A stretch of 64,000 nt of DNA, taken from Promethearchaeota archaeon (GTDB taxonomy: Archaea > Asgardarchaeota > Lokiarchaeia > Sigyniarchaeales > SOKP01). Below, one piece after another: positions 49,668-57,221 of the stretch (positions are counted from its first letter, which is position 1; the number at the start of each line of letters is the position of its first letter). The notes under the pieces were generated by a model, which was given only the letters and a program-made list of their open reading frames with translations, made no database searches and was not told the DNA's origin. The stretch is taken from the NCBI GenBank assembly GCA_016840165.1, contig JAEOSU010000037.1, positions 7,022-71,021 on the forward strand, written 5' to 3'. Made by a program: the position numbers and the translations under genes.

Positions 49668-49759
49668 GAGCAATCTGTCATTATTGTGTTTAGAAGGGAA
49701 TTAATAATTTTTAACAAATCCGAATCTTTACTTGGTAGGTTATTTGGAGATTTTTTCTT

Positions 49760-50149
49760 TTGAATTTAACTATCAGAAAAGGTGAAAAAAGATTGAATGA
49801 TAAAGATACTGAGAGTAAAAATGTATTTGTTTATGGTACTTTACAGCATGGAGAAAGTAGAAACAATGTACTTGAGAATTTAGAATATGAAAAAGCAACA
49901 TTGCCAAAACATAGAAAAGTCTCTCCTCCTACTTTAGGATTTCCATTCATAATTTTTGATGAAGATTGCGAAGTAAAAGGGGAGGTATATTATAATATAG
50001 ATTCAGAATTGCTTAAAACTTTAGATTCGATTGAAGGTGAAGGTTCATTATATCATAGAATTGTTGTTGAAGTCCTAACTCATATGGGAGAAAAGGTTAA
50101 AGCCTATACTTATTATCCATCTGATATATTAGTAAATAAATATTTGTAA
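49760..50149 (+). CDS. Gamma-glutamylcyclotransferase (AIG2/GGCT-like)
   Basis: VFVYGTLQHGESRN signature. The more likely start is TTG at 49793, preceded by AAGGTGA and a 7-nt spacer. Confidence 0.6.
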   Translation: MNLTIRKGEKRLNDKDTESKNVFVYGTLQHGESRNNVLENLEYEKATLPKHRKVSPPTLGFPFIIFDEDCEVKGEVYYNIDSELLKTLDSIEGEGSLYHRIVVEVLTHMGEKVKAYTYYPSDILVNKYL

Positions 50150-50166
50150 GGTGAGAGATTAAATCA

Positions 50167-50898
50167 ATGGAAGAAAGTAATGTAGAAAAAGATGTAGATG
50201 AGAATCAAATCCTACTAATTGATAATTACTCTTATGGTTTTCCCACAGATCGAATAAAGAGGATTGAAACCATTGTTAATGATTGTATGGCGGATGTGAC
50301 ACTTAAAATAATTCATTATAGTCAATTCAACTATGAATCTGCTAAAAATTACATCGGAATTGTTTTATCGGGTTCAGATCTAAATGTTTCCAGTTTTTAT
50401 TACCATAATAAACTTAAAAAACGTTTTGAAGAAGAATTAAAATTAATTCGATGTATTGAGCAAACTCCGATACTCGCTATATGTTTTGGGATTCATTTAG
50501 TTGCTTATACTTATGGTGCTCAAGTCTGCCGAATGAGGATACCAGGCTTAGTTGGAGATATCATCTTCTTAGTAATTAAAGAGACTGATGTATTAATTAC
50601 TCATCTTAATTTTCCGGTAGATCTACATCATCGCGATTTTGTATCTCCTAATGATTGCGAAGTTCAAAAAAACTTTGATATTAAATCAATTTCTAGAACA
50701 AAAGGGTATAGAATTGTACAATATATGTCTCATAAATCCAAGCCCATCTATTCAATCCAATTTCATCCCGAAACCCATAATCCCCTCTACTTTCATTCAG
50801 GTCTCTTTGATGAGAGGATAATAAATAAAGTAAGGATTATTGGCAAAGAAATTATTGAAAATTTCTTATGGATGTGCCTCTATAAAAGAAATTATTAA
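50167..50898 (+). CDS. Class I glutamine amidotransferase-like protein
   Basis: 243 aa. Nucleophile elbow ILAICFGIHLVA and IQFHPE. Confidence 0.6.
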   Translation: MEESNVEKDVDENQILLIDNYSYGFPTDRIKRIETIVNDCMADVTLKIIHYSQFNYESAKNYIGIVLSGSDLNVSSFYYHNKLKKRFEEELKLIRCIEQTPILAICFGIHLVAYTYGAQVCRMRIPGLVGDIIFLVIKETDVLITHLNFPVDLHHRDFVSPNDCEVQKNFDIKSISRTKGYRIVQYMSHKSKPIYSIQFHPETHNPLYFHSGLFDERIINKVRIIGKEIIENFLWMCLYKRNY

Positions 50899-50931
50899 AA
50901 ATTCTTTTATATTGATTTTATTTTCCGAATA

Positions 50932-51936
50932 TTATTTCTCTTCCAATTTTCTTTTTAGCTCTTCCTTTTCTTCTTCAAGTTCTTCAATTTTCTTTTCACG
51001 TCTTTTAATTTTCTGTTGTGCAATGGTAATTCCTTGTAGACTTAATAACTTTTTAACAAAAATAATCGATGCTATAACTATACCTATTAGATAAAAAAGC
51101 TCAGCAGTCCAATAGAAGTTAGAAAGATTAGTATAAACTGAAAGGTTCAAAAATGGTAAGATCAATGTAATTATTCCAATAAAGACCAAAGATATTAGCA
51201 ATGATATTCTTTCATATGCCTTAATCTTGCTTCGAAAGAATATGTAAACTCTTAACCAAAAGATAATACATATCAATGTAATAGGAGTAAATATAATAGA
51301 ACCGATTCCTATTATCAATAGAAAGTTCAAAGCAAACTTTTTTCTCCATAAATCTAATATTTCCTTAGTTGTCATTTGAACTTGAACTTGAGCACTTGCA
51401 TATTCTTTTCTCAATTCAAAATATTTCTTCTTGATTCGTCTCGCGACTCGCTTAGCGCCTTTTTTCCACCAGCTTAATTTGCCTAATTCTGCTGCTTCTG
51501 TAATTTCATCCCTAATTATTGGTAAGATGTAAAGGTTCAATAATAAAGAGAGTATACCATAGAAGTATAATAGCAAATCAAACCAAAACCAAAAGCCTGT
51601 TTGAGTTATAATTGTTTTACTAATGTAACTTATGACGACTTTATACGTAGCATAACCAATTAAAATTAAAGGAACTACAATTTGAATAATATTAAAGATT
51701 GTTAATTCTTTCTCACCAAATTTATCCTTGAATTTTTTTAGAACTATTAAAAAAACATTAGCAATACTCAGTAAGAGTCCAAAACCGGATAAAAATTTAA
51801 CAGCCCAGAAAAAAACTAGCAAGAATGTGTCTAAATAAAACAAGTCAAAAGTAAGGTTTAGTATCATAAAGATTAATGATACCGATAAAGCAATGAAATA
51901 AATTAATCTATATAACTTTTCATTCATGATTATCAC
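50932..51936 (-). CDS. Polytopic membrane protein with charged coiled-coil tail (hypothetical)
   Basis: 334 aa. About 8 hydrophobic segments. C-terminal KIKRREKKIEELEEEKEELKRKLEEK. Confidence 0.45.
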   Translation of the reverse strand: MIIMNEKLYRLIYFIALSVSLIFMILNLTFDLFYLDTFLLVFFWAVKFLSGFGLLLSIANVFLIVLKKFKDKFGEKELTIFNIIQIVVPLILIGYATYKVVISYISKTIITQTGFWFWFDLLLYFYGILSLLLNLYILPIIRDEITEAAELGKLSWWKKGAKRVARRIKKKYFELRKEYASAQVQVQMTTKEILDLWRKKFALNFLLIIGIGSIIFTPITLICIIFWLRVYIFFRSKIKAYERISLLISLVFIGIITLILPFLNLSVYTNLSNFYWTAELFYLIGIVIASIIFVKKLLSLQGITIAQQKIKRREKKIEELEEEKEELKRKLEEK

Positions 51937-52080
51937 TTCTATCTATATTAAAACTTTGCAACAATTAAATATTTAGAAGATTTTTAAAATATTTTAAGAT
52001 TTCAAAAGAAAAGGGTAGAGAGAAAGAAAAAAACATAAAATAATGATTTATTTTAATTATAATAGTAGTAATGAAAATAA

Positions 52081-52266
52081 TTGACTAAAAAAGAGGTGAT
52101 AAATACGAGAAGAGGAGGAAAGGGAAGAGGGGGTGGTCCGTATGCTGCAGGGCCAGGGGGCAATTGTGTTTGCCCAAATTGTGGTTATCAAAAGCCACAT
52201 CAAACGGGTGTACCTTGTATGAATGAAGTATGCCCAAAATGTGGTACAAGAATGACTAGAAAATGA
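52081..52266 (+). CDS. Small Gly/Arg-rich zinc-ribbon protein (two CxxC pairs)
   Basis: RRGGKGRGGGPYAAGPGGNCVCPNCGYQKPHQTGVPCMNEVCPKCGTRM. The start is ambiguous: TTG 52081, GTG 52096 or ACG 52105. Preferred over the antisense ORF at 52057-52332. Confidence 0.55.
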   Translation: MTKKEVINTRRGGKGRGGGPYAAGPGGNCVCPNCGYQKPHQTGVPCMNEVCPKCGTRMTRK

Positions 52267-52390
52267 AAAATACTTAAGGTAATTTTGGAATAGGAATTTA
52301 TCCTTAGTTTCCAAATTAACTAATAATTTCAACAGATTTCAAATCTATATGATTTATTAAATCTACAAAAAAAATAAAAAATTATTAAAT

Positions 52391-52498
52391 TTAATTAGAA
52401 TGGTGCTTTTCGGCATGTTCTTTCATTTTTTTCTTAGCTTCAGCTTCATCTTTTCCCATGAATGACATACCACATTTAGGACATTTTAGTTCTACCAT
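52391..52498 (-). CDS. 35-aa CxxC...HxxxHH micro-protein (DUF1059-like), absent from the ORF track
   Basis: My own translation is MVELKCPKCGMSFMGKDEAEAKKKMKEHAEKHHSN. ATG at 52498, TAA at 52391-52393. Purine-rich AGAGGAAAG about 8-10 nt upstream. Confidence 0.4.
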   Translation of the reverse strand: MVELKCPKCGMSFMGKDEAEAKKKMKEHAEKHHSN

Positions 52499-52722
52499 AT
52501 ACAACACTTTCCTCTTTTATTTATAATATTTTAATTTATTAAATTATCATAGGTTTAATTTCAATTGAGTTTATTAAATATTTTCTACATAAACTATTTA
52601 TAATTTCGAAATTTCAACTCTATTTAATAAGTGGAATTAGAAAAAAGGTATTAGAATCTTTTTTAAAAAAAAAAAAAGAATTTTAAGAAGCTATAAAAAT
52701 AAGTGTATTACAGTTTATTTGA

Positions 52723-53019
52723 TCACTCACCTAAGAGTTCTTGGACTTCTTTTTTTCCGTCTTCAAGCTCTTCTTGTTGTTGCTTATCCAGTTTCAATAA
52801 TAGATATTGGAACTCTCCGACATGCTCTTTTTCTTCTTTTGCGATATCCAAAAGGACCATCTTCAAATGCTTGTTTTCGGTCATGTTTGCCATTTGCTCG
52901 TAAAGATTAATTGCATCTAATTCGGCGAGGATTCCAAACCGCAAAATTTGCTTATCGATATCTTCTTTTCTTACTTTTTCTAACATAATTGGTACATTTG
53001 CCAACGTCATATTGATCAT
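52723..53019 (-). CDS. Encapsulated-ferritin-like (EncFtn/ferritin-like) protein
   Basis: 98 aa. ILAELDAINLYEQM and LLDIAKEEKEHVGEF match the EncFtn Glu/Glu/His iron-ligand motifs. Confidence 0.6.
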   Translation of the reverse strand: MINMTLANVPIMLEKVRKEDIDKQILRFGILAELDAINLYEQMANMTENKHLKMVLLDIAKEEKEHVGEFQYLLLKLDKQQQEELEDGKKEVQELLGE

Positions 53020-53183
53020 CTCGTTATATTGGAAAGTTATATCAATATCTAATATGATTAGGTCTATAATAAAATCTTGTGTTTTAACTCATTAATCACA
53101 TTTCTATAAAATTTATGATTTTTAGGAAATTTTTCGACTAAATTCTTCATAACTAATAATAATCGAAATTGAGTAAAGATTTT

Positions 53184-54287
53184 TTAATTAATTGGTATCT
53201 GTTGTTCAGCTCCCATATTAATTAATTCTTCAGATGTGATTCTTCTCTTAATATATTCTTCTAATTTTAATTTATTAATTGTTCTGCCTAGGCTTTTGAA
53301 ATCCATTCCACAGAGTATTGAAGATAAGTTTATTATGGAATCAATAATAGGTGTATTGATACCTAAAAATTCGGCTAAGGAAGAAATTGTCACTAATCCT
53401 GTTGGTACATCCTCAGTGAAATATCTTGTTACTAATCTTTTAGGTACGATAATATCCTTATATGCTATGATTTCTTGAATTACATCGTACATGCATTTTC
53501 CACTTACGCCATAAGAATTTTTTGCCCATTTACAGAAGTTAATTTGTTTTAGACCTAAAATATGCATAATTTTATTGATTTCTATTTGAATTCTCTCAAG
53601 TACTTCACATGTTCTTTTAGTCGCGCCTTCAGAATAGAATTTAAATTCTTTTCCAATATCTATTATTCCAGAGTTTAAGACTGAAAGAGTTGGATGAAGT
53701 AGCATTCCTATATTATTTAGGGTCATTTCAAGATAATCATCAACGGGAACTAATTGTGGAAAAATCTCATGTAGAGTGTCATAAACAAAAAATGTATATT
53801 TTTCAGGATAAGCCGAAAATTGAACAGAATCCTTGATTTTAAGAATTTGAACCCCATTTTTTTTTAACTGTCTCGAAGTAAATAATAAAGTTTGTGTTTC
53901 CGCGACAAAAACTGGAAAAGAACCGATTTCTTCTTTTATAGTTTGTGAAAATTCAATCGCTCCAAAGGTTCTTCCAGGATTTAAAAGGATGATTTGATCT
54001 TTTGTTAAGAAATGGGCTATTTTTTGAGCGATATCCTTGTGGGCAGAGGCAGGAGTCACCACTAAGATAACATCTGCTTTCTTTAAAGCATAATCTAATC
54101 TTTGGGTAATTATATTTAATGGAAAGTATCCTTTAATTTCTCCTTTTGACTTTACTCCTCCTTTTTTTTTAATATCTGCGATTCTTGAAAAAGACCTATT
54201 ATATAAATTCACAGGATGTCCCTTTGAGGATAAGTATGCAGCAAAGGCACGTCCTCCGTTTCCAGCACCTATGATACTAAATTTCAT
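53184..54287 (-). CDS. NAD(P)-dependent octopine/nopaline (opine) dehydrogenase family protein
   Basis: 367 aa. Rossmann opening MKFSIIGAGNGGRAFAAYLSSKGHPVNLYNR. Length and layout are typical of the family. Its start overlaps the upstream gene by 4 nt. Confidence 0.55.
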   Translation of the reverse strand: MKFSIIGAGNGGRAFAAYLSSKGHPVNLYNRSFSRIADIKKKGGVKSKGEIKGYFPLNIITQRLDYALKKADVILVVTPASAHKDIAQKIAHFLTKDQIILLNPGRTFGAIEFSQTIKEEIGSFPVFVAETQTLLFTSRQLKKNGVQILKIKDSVQFSAYPEKYTFFVYDTLHEIFPQLVPVDDYLEMTLNNIGMLLHPTLSVLNSGIIDIGKEFKFYSEGATKRTCEVLERIQIEINKIMHILGLKQINFCKWAKNSYGVSGKCMYDVIQEIIAYKDIIVPKRLVTRYFTEDVPTGLVTISSLAEFLGINTPIIDSIINLSSILCGMDFKSLGRTINKLKLEEYIKRRITSEELINMGAEQQIPIN

Positions 54288-55999
54288 TTCTCACTCCCCT
54301 GGCGGATAAATCTTCTCTTTCTGAATGGTGAATTAAAAAGACTTAATTCATTAGTTACATTATCAATGTCTTTTATCCTTTCGATTTCCTCATAAATTTT
54401 ATCACGTGCAGAATCCCATGAATAACAAGCTCCATTAATAATCTTCGTTTTGAGTTCTCCTTTAGCAAACTTATTATTTTTCAAATGGGGGGCATCAAAG
54501 ATTCCATACTTAACAATCCTATTTAATATGTTTGGATTAATATAAGGATCTTCAGCTTCTTCTAAATTATTAGCTAAGTTAGGAATTAAGCTTATTATAT
54601 CTTGTGCTTGTGTAATTAGTTGCTCTTTTCTTGCTATAATACTGCTGTTTATAAAATTTAGGTTGCTAGAGAGGGATTTAGTAATAATTTGACTTACAAT
54701 TTTGCAGCTTTCTATGATGTCATTAGGCTTAGCAACATGATCTGCCTCAGAGTAACTCACTATATGAACGATATCCGGTTTTAATGCTAATTGTACCATA
54801 GTAGCTGCTGCGAGTTGTCCTTTTGCTTTATCTAAATCTAATGGAAAACTAGCTAATCCAGTTCTGACTTGTTTAATCACTGAGAAATCTTTATCAACTA
54901 GAGTATTAAGTAATTCGTTTTTCGCTATCATCTTAGCTAAATCCATATCGAGTGTGAGATTTGGTGGAGTATTAAACATATATTGTGCAATAAAATGCTT
55001 GACACCTAATTTCTTAGCAATGATCCCACATAGGTACATATCTGCTACTGCTATTGCATCTGAAGTATCTCGCAAACTCCATTGGTGTGAATCATTTATC
55101 TCAACAGGAATATTGTTTGTAGCGTGCCATTTAATCGCTCTTAAATGTTGTCTAATCGATTCTTTTAATGACAAAGGACCTCTTCCATCCATTTGATTAA
55201 ACCAGAAGATAGGGATTGCTGCCCATGCATTTTTTATAGTTTCAAGAAATAAGCGTCCCAGTTTAATGAAATCTCGCGTACCCGCATAAATTCGAAGCAA
55301 GGGATAATTACCTCGCTTTCTTGCATTATCTATGTTTTTAAAATCCTCTTTTGATCGTAGTGGAACTCCTCCGGCACCGTCTAGATCTTGTTGTTGATCT
55401 TCGGGATGAAAATAATGTGATTGAGTATTCTGATCAGGTGCGATTGAGATTATATCTAAAATTTTAGCTTCAGCAATTTTTTTTATCCCTTTAATTGTCT
55501 CAGATAAATCTGATAGTCCAAAATGAGCTCTTAAGATGGGATAAGGCTTTTTCCATTTAATTCTTGAAATTAAATCCATTGGGGGTTGAAATTTTTTTTC
55601 AGAAGATTCATCAGTATTTCTTAAAATTGAAATAATCTCATATCTAGTTTCACCACCAACAAAATAATAATCAAATTCCCCAATACTTTTTGCGGCTTTA
55701 ACGACTTCAGGAGTTCCAGCAAAAAGTAATTTATTCGGCTTTTTATCTAAAGTATTATAACTTTGAAAAAATCGCTCTAGTAAAGGTATAACTGTTTTAG
55801 GGGTTAATCTATAACTAAGTCCAACTATCTCTGGGTTAGTATTATTGATTTTATCGATAAGATCTGGGATAGGGGTCGCGGGTCCCATAAAATAAGTTTG
55901 AAACCCAAGTTGCCGTGCGATCTGCATAAAGTTGTAACTACCAGCAACATGGACACATTGTCCAATACATGCTATTAAAATAACTTTTTTCTTTCGCAT
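54284..55999 (-). CDS. B12-binding-domain-like N-terminus fused to a TIM-barrel-like domain (possible glutamate-mutase-type isomerase)
   Basis: 571 aa. VILIACIGQCVHVAGSYNF sits where DxHxxG lies in cobalamin-binding domains (His kept, Asp replaced by Cys). Strong SD GAGGGTGAT 5 nt upstream of the ATG. Confidence 0.35.
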   Translation of the reverse strand: MRKKKVILIACIGQCVHVAGSYNFMQIARQLGFQTYFMGPATPIPDLIDKINNTNPEIVGLSYRLTPKTVIPLLERFFQSYNTLDKKPNKLLFAGTPEVVKAAKSIGEFDYYFVGGETRYEIISILRNTDESSEKKFQPPMDLISRIKWKKPYPILRAHFGLSDLSETIKGIKKIAEAKILDIISIAPDQNTQSHYFHPEDQQQDLDGAGGVPLRSKEDFKNIDNARKRGNYPLLRIYAGTRDFIKLGRLFLETIKNAWAAIPIFWFNQMDGRGPLSLKESIRQHLRAIKWHATNNIPVEINDSHQWSLRDTSDAIAVADMYLCGIIAKKLGVKHFIAQYMFNTPPNLTLDMDLAKMIAKNELLNTLVDKDFSVIKQVRTGLASFPLDLDKAKGQLAAATMVQLALKPDIVHIVSYSEADHVAKPNDIIESCKIVSQIITKSLSSNLNFINSSIIARKEQLITQAQDIISLIPNLANNLEEAEDPYINPNILNRIVKYGIFDAPHLKNNKFAKGELKTKIINGACYSWDSARDKIYEEIERIKDIDNVTNELSLFNSPFRKRRFIRQGSEK

Positions 56000-56544
56000 T
56001 TTAAATCACCCTCATATTTTTTGCATAATTGACTTATTGCTCTTTGATGCTCATGAAGTGAAATCGAAAATATGATTATATGCAGATTATAGCGCTGATA
56101 TTGAGCCTATAGCTACAATTATACTATCAACTTTTTAGATTATAACCTATTTACTTATTTGAATGCGTCTGTTATACTCTTATATTGATAACTTATTGAT
56201 ATAAAGATATTTACTTCAGAACTTTCTTTATGTATTTATATCACCTTAGCAATATAAATTTTAGGGTGATTTAAATAGATTAGGCTTTAAACTTTAATTC
56301 TACTAAACTTTATATAAATTTCTTATTCCTTAAGCACTTTTAATTTGGTTATTTAATATCTTTAAATTTTTTATAAATTTATTTTTACTCCCCATCTTCT
56401 AATTTTTCTAATTCTTTAGATATCTGAATATGTAGCTGCTTCCTTTCAATAAAATCGTTGACTATTGGGCTCCTATAAACCTTAATTTTTATATTGAGGG
56501 AGTTAGATACCTTCCTCTTAATTTTTATTATATATTAGTGAGAA

Positions 56545-57000
56545 TTAAAAAATCAATTTTCTTTTTGCGTGAGTGGTTTCGAAATAGCTTTTATACTTTC
56601 TTATCTCATCATGAATTTCTTCTAATTGCTCATTTTCTAACAATTTATTAAAAAAGTTTTTCACTGATAAATATAATTTAGGAACAAAAGTATCAACCTG
56701 AGACATATGGTAAGCTATCTCCATTATTGAGGAATAATCAATTTTAATATCAATCTGCCTTTTGCGAATGTCTTCTATTATTTTCTCTTTAAGCCTTTTC
56801 CTGCTAATGTTGCTCCAAATCAATTCATAAACAAAATAATTAATTGCTTGCACCGATTCAGTGAGAATTGCTGTTCCTGTGGCAATTTCAATACTCCCAG
56901 TTATGAAGTAGGCGGTTAAAGTGCCTAGAACTAAGGTAATTCCTCTATAAATTAGACTCTTGATTAAACTTTCCTTCCATTCTATATTTGGAGTTTCCAT
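56545..57000 (-). CDS. DUF2061-like membrane protein with C-terminal helical domain
   Basis: 151 aa. SLIKSLIYRGITLVLGTLTAYFITGS...INYFVYELIWS matches the DUF2061 two-helix pattern. Confidence 0.45.
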   Translation of the reverse strand: METPNIEWKESLIKSLIYRGITLVLGTLTAYFITGSIEIATGTAILTESVQAINYFVYELIWSNISRKRLKEKIIEDIRKRQIDIKIDYSSIMEIAYHMSQVDTFVPKLYLSVKNFFNKLLENEQLEEIHDEIRKYKSYFETTHAKRKLIF

Positions 57001-57221
57001 AATTGATAATAATATAACATCATTCTTATTTGAATTTGAGTAGAATATTCTTATTCTTTATAAAGACCGCTTATTTTTAAAAAACTGCTCAAAAATTTTA
57101 TTACCTTACCATGATTAAATTAAAAATATATATATTCAGTTAAGAAGTTAAGAACGAAGGAGATGAAGAAGGAACGAGTATCTATGCTGATGATGTTATT
57201 AGCTTTACTTCCCTTTTAAAA

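Noticed and set aside
52057-52332. 91-aa minus-strand ORF overlapping the small zinc-ribbon gene, plus ORFs at 52703-52910 overlapping the EncFtn-like gene
   Set aside because: The opposite-strand readings contain clear CxxC pairs or ferritin-like iron-ligand motifs. These alternatives are Ser/Leu/Phe-rich with no motifs.
55999-56275. 13-nt inverted repeat TTTAAATCACCCT (55999-56012) and AGGGTGATTTAAA (56264-56276), considered as MITE-like terminal inverted repeats
   Set aside because: The left copy is the Shine-Dalgarno region plus spacer of the 54284-55999 gene (GAGGGTGAT-ttaaa-ATG). The right copy is the same SD-like string on the other strand, followed by TAG and an early stop. There are no target-site duplications and nothing mobile-element-like between them. 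It is most simply an SD-like sequence recurring by chance or a decayed gene start.
56391-56534. Protein-like stop-to-stop frame on the minus strand (..VYRSPIVNDFIERKQLHIQISKELEKLEDGE) just downstream of the DUF2061-like gene
   Set aside because: It has no ATG, GTG, TTG or ACG start. It is in a different frame from the upstream gene (offset 10 nt), so it is not a simple readthrough. At 47 codons it is too short to judge.
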